Assembly (NCBI GenBank): GCA_050250895.1 | Contig: JBFWNU010000011.1 | Location: 66,487-122,466, forward strand | DNA from: Vulcanimicrobiota bacterium | Lineage (GTDB): Bacteria > Vulcanimicrobiota > Xenobia > Xenobiales > JADMJV01 | Reading direction: 5' to 3' | DNA: 55,980 bases | Shown: in pieces, positions 40,002 to 49,700 of the stretch | Layout of the letters: every line of letters begins with the position of its first letter | Numbering within the stretch: the first letter of the stretch is position 1 | Notes under the pieces: generated by a model | Database searches by the model: none | What the model saw: the letters and a program-made list of their open reading frames with translations, nothing else | Told to the model about the DNA's origin: nothing | Made by a program: the position numbers and the translations under genes

Positions 40002-42123
40002 ATGGTGCGGCCTGACCCACCAGCGACTGCACGATGGCGTAGCGGCGAGCCGGGTTGCGCCCGGTAGCATAGGCGCCCACGGCCAGTTCGGAGGGGCGAA
40101 CGCGGATGGCCTGACCCTGATTGTCGCGGGCCTCGAAGGTCGCTTCGGGGCCCGACTGCGAGGGTTGATAGAGGAGCTGGCCGCGCAGGCCCTGAGGCCA
40201 CAGCTGCCAGAACTTTCCGTCAAAGCGCGCGATGGTGAGATGATAGTCCTCGCGGGGGATTTGGCTGAAATAGCCCAGGGGCGGAAACTGCGGTGGGTCG
40301 CTCTCGCGGCGAATCCAAACGGGGCAGTAGAAGTCGTTGTCCCAACTGCTGGAGATCGGGTTGGCCAGGCTCAGGGCCACGCGACTGGCCGGCATCACCG
40401 TCACCATCTCTTGCTCCTGGTTGTTGTCTTGTTGAGGGCCGAGGGTGGCGTTGACCTCGGGAAAGGACTGGGCAAAGGCGGCGTTGGGATCGAACCACTC
40501 GCCCGAGCGCAAGTTGTAGAGCGCCTTGCGACGGCGGTTCGGGCCCCAGCGGCCCGAGTCCCAGCTCACGATCAAGTCGTTGCCATAGGCCATCAGTTTG
40601 CGATCGCAATCGCCCGGCAGGCTGAGATAGTCGGCCAGGCGCCGTTCTTCGACCCGTAAGATCTGGCGCTTCTTCTTCTCCAGGATGAAGACTTCTTTGC
40701 GAGCATTGACGGCCAGGGTGTCGCGGTCGGGTTTGGGACCGGGATAGATGGTGGGCTCTTCGTCAGGCTTGAGCACCCGCATCATGTCGTTGACGATCGA
40801 CCACTTCTCGGTTTCGGTGTCATAGCAGAGCACGCAGGGAGCCCGAAAGACCAGGTCGTCCCACAGAATGGCCTTGCCATACTCGCGCATCGACTGCGAC
40901 TTGAAGTCGCGCGGGTAGCCGAAATAGTAGTGCATGGCGTTGACGTAAACTTTGTTGCCCTGAGCCGCCATGCCGGTGCCGGTGAGGCTGTACCAGTTGA
41001 GGTAGTATTGCAGTCCGGTGATCTCGTCCCAGGGAATGGTCAGCTCTTCGGTCGTCTTGGCCCGGTCCCAGGTGCTCTCCCACGGCTTGGTGTCCCAATG
41101 CTTGGACATCATCGGTTCCCAGCTATCCTCGAAGGGAGCCCGCTGGCCCGAGTTGGCTTTGCTGTTAATGTCGATCCAGGACTCTTCCCACGGCTTCTCA
41201 CCGGCGGCGTTCTCGTTCATATCGTTGGCCGTTCGCATCTTGAAGCCGGTATCTTCCAGACGAAGCTCGAGCTTGGTCCAGTCTTCTTCCTCATCCTCTT
41301 CGTTCTCAGGATAGAGTCGAATGACCGGAATCTCGGCCGCCTCGGGGCCGAGCTGGTCGAGCAGCACCACGCCTTTCCAGAAGCCCAGCTGGGGACCGGG
41401 ATCGGGGATGTCCTCCCAACTGAGAACGCCGTTGTTGATCTTGAGATAGAGCAGGTGCTCGCCAGGCGGACATGGCTCGAGCAAGACTACCCGTAGTCCC
41501 GCCGCTTTGCCCTGGGTGTCGGGCGCAATCGCGACGGGGTCTCCGTCTTCGAGGAACTTCATTCGGCTGGGGGGATGGGTGGCTGTGCCTTTGGGGGCAA
41601 AGGTGAAGAGCGGCCCCCCGGAGGCTATCAAGGGCGCATCGGGAGTGGGAGGCGACCCCATCACCGTCCATTGAAAGTCTGGTCCCATCATCAGGATCTT
41701 ACCGCTGTCGTCATAGGTGAACAGGTGGGGCTGGAGTTGGCCTGGGCGCTGAGTACACATCGAGAACTCCTCGAGCAGCATCCGCTGTTGCTTGACCACT
41801 GGCCCCGAGTGCCCGCGAGCTTTCACTTCGAGCAGATAGGGGCTACCATCGGGGCCAGGATAGGGCTGCACCTGAGACTCCCAGCTAACACCGCCCTGCA
41901 GCTCTCCCTCGAGCCGATCGATAGCTTCGCCCTGGCGAAGTTTGGCCAGCGTATACTGGGCCCCGGCTCGGGCCGCCATTTTGGACTGCAGCTGGTCGTC
42001 GACGGTCAGCGCCAGCACAATGTCCATGCGGTTCTGGCTGACTAGAGCCACCGAGAGAAAGAACAGGAACACGGCCATGAAAATGGCCAGGATCAAGATG
42101 TTGCCACGGGTTCGCCTGGTCAC
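40000..42123 (-). CDS. Large PilX/GspK-like minor pilin with unknown C-terminal domain
   Basis: RRTRG|NILILAIFMAVFLFFL prepilin-like leader without Glu5; AARAGA motif. Confidence 0.7.
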   Translation of the reverse strand: MTRRTRGNILILAIFMAVFLFFLSVALVSQNRMDIVLALTVDDQLQSKMAARAGAQYTLAKLRQGEAIDRLEGELQGGVSWESQVQPYPGPDGSPYLLEVKARGHSGPVVKQQRMLLEEFSMCTQRPGQLQPHLFTYDDSGKILMMGPDFQWTVMGSPPTPDAPLIASGGPLFTFAPKGTATHPPSRMKFLEDGDPVAIAPDTQGKAAGLRVVLLEPCPPGEHLLYLKINNGVLSWEDIPDPGPQLGFWKGVVLLDQLGPEAAEIPVIRLYPENEEDEEEDWTKLELRLEDTGFKMRTANDMNENAAGEKPWEESWIDINSKANSGQRAPFEDSWEPMMSKHWDTKPWESTWDRAKTTEELTIPWDEITGLQYYLNWYSLTGTGMAAQGNKVYVNAMHYYFGYPRDFKSQSMREYGKAILWDDLVFRAPCVLCYDTETEKWSIVNDMMRVLKPDEEPTIYPGPKPDRDTLAVNARKEVFILEKKKRQILRVEERRLADYLSLPGDCDRKLMAYGNDLIVSWDSGRWGPNRRRKALYNLRSGEWFDPNAAFAQSFPEVNATLGPQQDNNQEQEMVTVMPASRVALSLANPISSSWDNDFYCPVWIRRESDPPQFPPLGYFSQIPREDYHLTIARFDGKFWQLWPQGLRGQLLYQPSQSGPEATFEARDNQGQAIRVRPSELAVGAYATGRNPARRYAIVQSLVGQAAP

Positions 42124-42270
42124 ATTTCGCCTCTCCTCAGGGTTCTTCAGTCCGGAAAACTCCTCCTGGCCGATTCACGATTGTTTCAGACCGCTGCCCT
42201 ACCATCGGCTAGGATATGGCCTGGGTGTGCGTCCCCCCCGCCCCACGGGCTGACTCAAAGGAGCTAGAAA

Positions 42271-42858
42271 ATGATTAACGCCAATCCCACTTCCGTCATC
42301 AATCACAAGGCTTGCGGCAACTGCCGCACCCACAGTCCCGAGCCGGCCGCGGCCGAGCCTCAGGACAGCTTCCGCGCCGGTAGTTCCGCCCCCGAGCCGG
42401 TGGTCTGCCCCCGCATCTTTTTCGGCGGCCCCGGCGCCACCATCGAACCCTGGCTGCGCGGCGAACCCACCAACGACCCGGCCGTGAGCCCCCAGTACGC
42501 CGACAAAGCCAAAGCCGCCTTTGGCGACCAGGCCATTACCTCCATCCAGGACGACCGCGTCCGCGGCGTTGGTGGCTACTTCCTCGAGGGGTGGGAGAGT
42601 GCCCCCGGAGGTGACGACTGGCTCAAAGGCGTGACCCTCGGCCGTCTCGGCGACAAGTGGGAGATGACCGGCTTCGGCAAGTTCGAGATCAAGTCGGGCG
42701 ATGTGCGCCAGAGCCTGTCGTTCGACATGGGTAGCGGCACCAGCCGGCTCGAGACCTCTTACGACGAGCACCGCTTCGAGACCAGCACCTTCAGCGAAAT
42801 TCTCACCATCGATCGCGATGGCGAGATGCGCCGCGAACACCCGCCCGTCGGACTGTAG
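42271..42858 (+). CDS. Hypothetical protein
   Basis: AAGGAG RBS, host-like codons, followed by a hairpin. Confidence 0.7.
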   Translation: MINANPTSVINHKACGNCRTHSPEPAAAEPQDSFRAGSSAPEPVVCPRIFFGGPGATIEPWLRGEPTNDPAVSPQYADKAKAAFGDQAITSIQDDRVRGVGGYFLEGWESAPGGDDWLKGVTLGRLGDKWEMTGFGKFEIKSGDVRQSLSFDMGSGTSRLETSYDEHRFETSTFSEILTIDRDGEMRREHPPVGL

Positions 42859-42882
42859 TCTCTAAAGCAGTCTCTAGACGGT

Positions 42883-42904
42883 AGAGCCCGGGAAACCGGG
42901 CTCT
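42883..42904. terminator. Hairpin between convergent genes, probable terminator
   Basis: AGAGCCCGG-GAAA-CCGGGCTCT. Confidence 0.65.
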
Positions 42905-42909
42905 TGTCG

Positions 42910-43392
42910 TTACAGGCTACCCGAATCGGTGACTTCGATGAAGTTCCAGAAGTTGGGATTGGGGCCGCCGCGGTCGGGGGCGATGTCGAGGGTGGCGGTC
43001 AAGATTCGTTGAGCCAGGGGGTCCTCGAGCGTTCCCAGCGTGGCGACCACCTGGAGGCGCCACACCTGATAGGGCGGTCCTTCCCACCGGCGGTCCAGGG
43101 TCACTTCGTAGCGCCCGATCACGGGCCCGCCGTCGACATCGGTCACCTCCTCGGTGTAACTGAAGGTGGGCTGCTCGGTGTCGCGGTGAGGCGGAAAGCG
43201 GATGTCTTTGTCGAGCTTGACCCGAGCCTCTTCCAGCCCCGCCATGGCCAGTTCATAGGCGGCCTCGGAGTGAGCCGTCTGCCCGGCCGCCTGCAGATGG
43301 TATGACTCCTTTCCCAACAGGGCCATGCCGATGATCAACAACAGGGCCAGCAACAACAGCACGGCGACGAGCACCCCCCCTCGCTTCTTCAT
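42910..43392 (-). CDS. PilX-like minor pilin
   Basis: KKRG|GVLVAVLLLLALLL, AYELAMAGLEEA; ATGA coupling to the upstream gene. Confidence 0.75.
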   Translation of the reverse strand: MKKRGGVLVAVLLLLALLLIIGMALLGKESYHLQAAGQTAHSEAAYELAMAGLEEARVKLDKDIRFPPHRDTEQPTFSYTEEVTDVDGGPVIGRYEVTLDRRWEGPPYQVWRLQVVATLGTLEDPLAQRILTATLDIAPDRGGPNPNFWNFIEVTDSGSL

Positions 43393-43949
43393 GGCGCGCT
43401 CCGGTTGACGATATAGACTCGATTGACGACGCGTCGAGTCACTCTGCCGTTGAAGACCGATACCTCGATCAACAGCGTGCCGTCGGGCTGGTTGGTGAAG
43501 GCCAGGCCAGTGATGCCCTCGCCAACCTCCTGGGCCACCCCGCCCGAGACCTCACGCACCAGCCGGTCGCCGTTGAGATAGTAGCGAACCTCGGCGGTAT
43601 AGGCCGGGTCGAGCGGGTCCCAGCTGGCCGGACTGGGTAGCGGGTCGGGCAGGCGGATGGCTTCTTGGCGAGGGTCGATGCGGGTGAAGAGCAGCTCGTT
43701 GTCGGGAGCCAGGCTGCCGGGGGCGGGCCGGATGAACTCCACCGACTCGGCGGCTTCCCTCCCCATCCTCGAGACTGCCACCAGCCCGGCTTCGAGCACC
43801 TGGTCCTGAGTGGCCGAATTGCGTAGTGACTGGCTATAATCACGAATCAAGCCGCCCGAGACCAGCAAAATGACCAGCGTCAAAAAGAGCGCGATGAGGG
43901 CCTCGGCCATGGTAACGCCCCTACTGGAAAAGAATGGGCGCCGACTCAC
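43389..43949 (-). CDS. PilW/GspJ-like minor pilin
   Basis: RG|VTMAEALIAL prepilin motif; VRYYL...LVR; GGAGG before GTG 43949. Confidence 0.75.
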   Translation of the reverse strand: MSRRPFFSSRGVTMAEALIALFLTLVILLVSGGLIRDYSQSLRNSATQDQVLEAGLVAVSRMGREAAESVEFIRPAPGSLAPDNELLFTRIDPRQEAIRLPDPLPSPASWDPLDPAYTAEVRYYLNGDRLVREVSGGVAQEVGEGITGLAFTNQPDGTLLIEVSVFNGRVTRRVVNRVYIVNRSAP

Positions 43950-44736
43950 CGACGACCTCCCTTCCACGATAGCGAGCGGCGGCGCGCAACTTCAACTCGC
44001 CTCCGGCATAGCCGGTTTCGGGAGGGGTGAAATGCGGGTGGATCACATAGAAATGCTGCACTGTCATGGTTTGCTGGGAGCGGGGCACCGTGTCGGTGAG
44101 CAAGGTTCCGTTGCCCGGTGTCGTTCCCGTGGGTTGGATACCCCAGCTGAAAGACACGTCGGCGATCGGTTGGCCGGTGTCAGCGCGCAGTTCGGCCCGG
44201 GCCTCCACGGTCTGGTCGGGAGGGACCGGATCAGCTGCGCCGCCGGTGCGGGTCACCACGACCGGAGTGGGGTCGAGCTCGCGGGCAGGCTCGCCCACAT
44301 AGCTGACCAACCGGACGCGACGGGCGGGGTTGGGATCACCCCAGCCCACCTCGACGGCCACCGCCACCAGCGAACGGTCCAGGTGATTGGCCAGCGCCCC
44401 CTGGGGAACCTCGAACTGGCTGCATGGCGAATAAATGACCCTCCCCAACTCCTCGACCTCGACCCGGGCCTCGAAGCCCGGAAAATCGGGGTCGGTGAGC
44501 AACTGACCGTCGTAGGTGGTCCAGTTCGAATCGAAGTTGAGAGGGTCGCGAGCCCAGCCCCGAATCTCGGCCATCAGGCTGCGCGCCATCAGCGTGCCTT
44601 GCAGCTTGCGTTCGACCTCGCGGCGATAGCGCAGGGCCGAGTGGAAGAGGTTCACCATGACCAGCACGCCGGCCATCAAGAGAAAGAGCGAGATGATGAC
44701 CTCGGGCAGCGTCAGGCCACGCCTCAAGGGCCCCAA
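43921..44736 (-). CDS. PilV/GspI-like minor pilin
   Basis: RRG|LTLPEVIISLFLL prepilin motif. Confidence 0.75.
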   Translation of the reverse strand: MGPLRRGLTLPEVIISLFLLMAGVLVMVNLFHSALRYRREVERKLQGTLMARSLMAEIRGWARDPLNFDSNWTTYDGQLLTDPDFPGFEARVEVEELGRVIYSPCSQFEVPQGALANHLDRSLVAVAVEVGWGDPNPARRVRLVSYVGEPARELDPTPVVVTRTGGAADPVPPDQTVEARAELRADTGQPIADVSFSWGIQPTGTTPGNGTLLTDTVPRSQQTMTVQHFYVIHPHFTPPETGYAGGELKLRAAARYRGREVVGESAPILFQ

Positions 44737-46634
44737 TCCGCCTCGTCGTCGTTGGGGTAGGGAGCGGTCAGGGAAACCTCTCCCGAGAAGTCAGGGTTGC
44801 AACGAAAGATCTTGTTATATGGCGATGGGATTTTATAATGACGGTCGTAGCACAGATTGGCTCCGTCGGGCGACCACCGGAAGGTGACTCCGCCGTTGGT
44901 CGTGGCCACGGGCGGGCCGACCGAACCCGGCGTGTAAGGTAGGATGTAGGATGTCCAGGTCGATCCGGTGTAGTAGATTTGGTCGCCGCGAGGGGAAAGA
45001 CTGAATTCTTGCCCGCCTGGCGTGTCAGGCAAAGGGATCGCGTTGGGGGCTGACCCATCGAGAGGAATCTCCATCAGGGCTCCGCCGATGGGATCAAAAT
45101 ACAGAAGCCTCTGGCTGCTGAGGTTCGAGCCGTCGTAGGGACGGTCGTAATGCCACTCTACACAGTTGGCGCTCTCGGGACTGTAGCCCCCGGCCAACCG
45201 AGTCGGATTGGTGCCGTCGGCATTCACCACGTAGACATCGATCACCCCACCGTTGCGGGCATTAAAAGCCAGGCGAGTTCCATCGGGCGACCAGCAGCAT
45301 CCCTCCGTTCCCCCAACACTAGCCAGCGTCGTGTGGTCCACCAGCATTCTCTGGTCGGTGCCGTCGGCATTCATGACCCACAGGTCTCCGCCACCCACCG
45401 AATCTCGCATGTAGGCGATGCGCGTGCCGTCGGGTGACCACCGGGGCATGGCTTCGACCTGGTTACTGTAGCTGAGTCGTCGTTGGTCGGTGCCATCGGG
45501 GTTCATGGCGTAGATCTGCATGACTCCGTCACGGGCCGACATGAACGTGAGCTTGCCGGGAAGCAAGACTCGCACCTGGCCGGCCGCGCCGATCTGATCG
45601 CTGGCGCTTCCCCCTCGACCATCCTCCACGGTCACTCCCAGGGTAAAGACATCGTTGGGCGCGGCCGTAGGCGGCGGCGTCCAATCGACCGAACTGACCC
45701 AATGGCTGCCGTCAAACACCATCTCGGTGTCATCACCCGAAAACGTTCCTCCGTCGGCAGACCACCGCGCCACCAGCGGGTCGCCATCGGGGTCGGTGGC
45801 GGTGGCCACCAGGGTGAGCCGGCCCGACTCGGACACAGTGGCGTCCACCCCCGGCGGCAGACTGGCGGGGATCGGCACGGGCAAGGTCGCCAAAGGGTCG
45901 AGGGCGGGACTATTGTTGGGCAGAGCCCCCGGCCAGGCCGGCACTGAGGCCGTACCGCCCGTCCCGGCCGTGGTGCCTGGCAAGGTCAGGGCACCGAGCA
46001 CGGCCGGCTGAAAACTCACCAGGCCCGCCTGCGTGACTTTCACGGTATGGGCAGCCTCGACGGCGTCCAACCGGGCCGACACGACCCCATCCACCGTCTC
46101 GCTACTATAGTTGAGGCTGCCGCAGGTCAGCAGGTGATAGGCGCCGGCAAACTGAAGCCGATTGGCCACTACCGCCCCGGACGGCAAGAAGACATAGATA
46201 GCGTGGCTGGGGTCGGGCACACCCCAACTGGCCAGGTCGAAGTCGCCTCCGTTGGCGGCCGGATCCTGGGGAGCCTCGTTGACCAGACCGGCCGTCAAAT
46301 CCCAATGACCAGAGAAGATCACCGCCCCGGGGTATTCGTCACCCAGCCGCACCGAACGCACCACCCGGGGTTCGGTCACCCCCTCCAGAATGTAGTACGA
46401 ATCGCAATGGGCCGGGGCATCGGTGGTGGGCAGCACCAGGGCCACAGGAACGCCGGTGGCCATGGCCCGACCGCGCAGGGCGCGGCACTCTGAGGCAAGC
46501 CGCTCGGCCAGGGCTCGAGGGCCGGCTCGCTCGACGCTATGGCGGCCGTTCCAGGCCAACCCTCCGGCCAGCAGGCCCACGATGAACACGGCCACCGTCA
46601 GTTCCAATAGACTAAAACCCCGCGCGAATCGCAT
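44724..46634 (-). CDS. FimT/GspH-like minor pilin with Ig-like and TolB-like (PD40) propeller domains
   Basis: RG|FSLLELTV; ATDPDGDPL...VEDGRGG; repeated MNxDGTxQR and WSPDGTR. Confidence 0.82.
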   Translation of the reverse strand: MRFARGFSLLELTVAVFIVGLLAGGLAWNGRHSVERAGPRALAERLASECRALRGRAMATGVPVALVLPTTDAPAHCDSYYILEGVTEPRVVRSVRLGDEYPGAVIFSGHWDLTAGLVNEAPQDPAANGGDFDLASWGVPDPSHAIYVFLPSGAVVANRLQFAGAYHLLTCGSLNYSSETVDGVVSARLDAVEAAHTVKVTQAGLVSFQPAVLGALTLPGTTAGTGGTASVPAWPGALPNNSPALDPLATLPVPIPASLPPGVDATVSESGRLTLVATATDPDGDPLVARWSADGGTFSGDDTEMVFDGSHWVSSVDWTPPPTAAPNDVFTLGVTVEDGRGGSASDQIGAAGQVRVLLPGKLTFMSARDGVMQIYAMNPDGTDQRRLSYSNQVEAMPRWSPDGTRIAYMRDSVGGGDLWVMNADGTDQRMLVDHTTLASVGGTEGCCWSPDGTRLAFNARNGGVIDVYVVNADGTNPTRLAGGYSPESANCVEWHYDRPYDGSNLSSQRLLYFDPIGGALMEIPLDGSAPNAIPLPDTPGGQEFSLSPRGDQIYYTGSTWTSYILPYTPGSVGPPVATTNGGVTFRWSPDGANLCYDRHYKIPSPYNKIFRCNPDFSGEVSLTAPYPNDDEADWGP

Positions 46635-46714
46635 CCCATGAGTTTCTGGGTAGACAAAAATCCTCCTCGCAGGAGTTTCAGGAGATGTTCAGTCCGACCC
46701 CCTAGAGTGTAAAC

Positions 46715-49700
46715 GTGAAGATCAGGCCGCTCGCAACTCCTTACCGGCTCGCGCCCGCGCGAGCGCCGCTAGCGGCCCAGCCTGCCAGTTCGGCCGATAG
46801 CGTGCTGCTGTCCAGTCCCGCGCCCACCTCGACGCTGCCGGCCGCACCGGGCCTATGGGGAGCCCTTTTCGGCCCTCACGGCCCGGCCCTGGCCGAGAGC
46901 GTCGCCATGGCCGAACGGGTGGCCGGCCAGGGACTCGAATTTCGTCGCATGGGCAAGTTTCTGTGGTGGAACACCGGCTGGAAAGAAGCCACTCCCAAGC
47001 AGGCTGCCAGGTTGGCTCTGGCCGGCAAAGCCGACCGCCTGCAGGTGAAAAAGTCCGGTCAGGACTGGAACGCCGTGCGCGGTCGAGGCGACCTCGAACG
47101 GCTCGATGCCTTCTATGGCCATCCCGGTCAAGCGCAGCCGGCCGGCGACGAAGCGTTGCTCAAGCTCGAGCAGAAAGGACTGCTAGCCAACCACGGAGCC
47201 TTCGGGGCCTGGAGCGCCCTGGTCTCGGGAAACCCCGCCCGGATCGGCGACCTGACGGTCGAGAGCGGTGAGCAAGCCTGCCTGGCGGCCTATCTTCTGG
47301 CCAACGGCTCTGGCGAGGGCTTGCAGCATCCCCACCGCGCCGAGATGCTGGGCTGGATGAGCCGGCAGGGTCTGACCCTACCCCCTCTGCAGGCCTATGC
47401 CACCGGTCAGGCCCAACCGACCCTCGATCAGGTGGTGCTGCCCCAGGTGACCCTCGATGAGCCGGGCCGCCAGACTCTCGAGCAACATCTGGCCCGTCAT
47501 CAAACCCTGACCGACAAACTCGGCGACCAGGCCGGCCCCGCCTGGCAGGCGCTCTATACCGACGGCTCGCAGCGCGAGTATTCCGAGCGCGATGCGGCAG
47601 CCTGCACCATTTTCGCCGCCGGGCTCGAACAGCCCACGAAGGTCTATACGGCCGCCCTGGAGAGCGCCGGCCAGAAGGGCGACCTGCAGCAGCTCGCTCA
47701 GCAGGCCGCCCAGCTCGTGCGTGGCCCGGAGGCCCTCGAACTGTGGCAGGCGGTAGCCGGCCCCAGCGGAGTCGAGCCTGAAGCCTTCCAGCTGGCCCTG
47801 GTCTCGGGGCTTGACCCCAAGCAGGCCTACACCCAGCTGACTAGAGCCAACCTCAGCCAGGCCGAATTCGCCAGTCTGCGCCAGTTGGCGGCTGGCGGCA
47901 AGACCTTGACCCCGGACAGCCGCTGGACGGCCGTAGACGGTGGCTGGGCTCACAGCCCGGGCGGCAACTATCGTGACGGCGAGAACTGTAGCCTGAGCAG
48001 TCAGACGTTCGTTCCCGACGCCCACAGCCGGGTCACCTTTCGACTTGAAGGCAGCACCGAGAAAGGCCCCGACAAGCTCAGCCTCGAGGCCACCGCCCAG
48101 GGCCAGACCAGGACGCTGTGGTCGATGAGCGGGCCGACCTCGGGTTGGCAGAGCCAGCGGGTCGACCTGGGCGAATACGCCGGTCAGCCGGTGAGTCTGA
48201 ATTTTCGTTTCACCAGCGACCACTCGGTGCAGGGGCCCGGCTACACCCTCGATTCACTGGCCGTGCGCGATGGCCAGGGTCACGCCCTGGTGCACGGCGA
48301 GCCGGCTCGGCTGGAGCGGGCCGAACTGTGGAAGCTGTGGCTCGAGCCCGATCATCGGGCCGAGCGGCTGGCCCAGGCGGCCGAACTCTGCCCCGAGCTG
48401 GGCAGCGAGGCAGCCACCGTGCTGGGGCAAAAGCTGGGCACGCGCCTGTCGCCCGAGCAACGGGCCAGCCTGCGCAAGCTGAGCGGGCAGTTCGGCAACC
48501 GCCGGGGGATCGAACTCTTCGGCTTTCTGGTCGGGCGCCAACTCGACCAGCAAGGCCAGGCCCTCGATGCCCTGGCCCGGGTGGTGGCGGCCGGTGAGCG
48601 CGGGCGCTGGTCGGCTTCGGGCAGCTGGGGCCCAGACCATCAGGACGGGCGACTGTGCTGGACCGACAGTCCAGGACAGGACTACGCCAACAACAGCGAC
48701 ACCAGCCTGGAAGGGCCCATCCTCGACCTGGGGGCAGCCAGGAACACCCGCCTGAAGTTCGACCTCAAGACGGCCGTCGAAAACGGCCCTGACAAGCTCA
48801 CCGTCGAGGCCCGCCTACCCGAGGCCGAGTGGAAAGAGCTGGCCACCTACACCGGCTCGAATCCGTGGGCTGAACAGGACCTCGATCTATCGGCCTTCGA
48901 CGGACAGCAGGTCCAGCTGCGACTGCGCCTTCGAACCGACCACTCGGTCACCGGCCAGGGAGTCTTTGTGGCCGAGCCGCGCCTGACCGCCGAGGTCGAT
49001 GGCCAGACCAAGACCCTCTGGAACGGCCAGCCCGAGGGGCCCGACTTCAGCCTGAGCGGCCTGCTCGACAGTCTGCCCCCGGGGCCCGAAGCCCTGGCCC
49101 ACCTGGAGCTGCTCGGCCAGGTCGAAGAGCGGGTCGGCAACCTGGCTCAAGCCGCCGCACTCTACCAGGTGCTGGCGCCCTCGCTGGGCCAGCCCGACTT
49201 CCAGGCCCGCCGCGATGCCCTGCTCGGGCTGGCCCACCAGTTCGGTCGCGAGCTGGCGGTGGCCACCTGGCCGGTGCTCGACCACCCCGAGGTGTATACC
49301 GACCCGGCCGCCAACCAGGCCGTCACCACCATCTTGCAGTCGGCCCGCCAGGCCGGCTGGAGCGCCGAGGGAACCTGGGGCCTCGAGACGGCCTCTCCCT
49401 TTGGCCAGGTGTGGTCAGACAGCCCCGGCGGCCAGTATGCCAACAGCCAGAACACCAGCTTGACCAGCCGCGAATTTTCGCTGGCCGGCCTCAAGAACGC
49501 CCGCCTCGAGTTTCTCGAGAGCCACCAGCTCGAATCGAGCATCGACAAGGTGCACGTCGAGGCCCTCGGCAGCGACGGCAAGTGGCAAAACCTCAAGACC
49601 CTGGTGGGCAGCCAGTCGTGGACTCGCGACCAGCTGGACCTGTCGGCCTTTGACGGCCAGACCACCAAGATACGCTTTCGCCTCGAGACCGACCAGAGTG

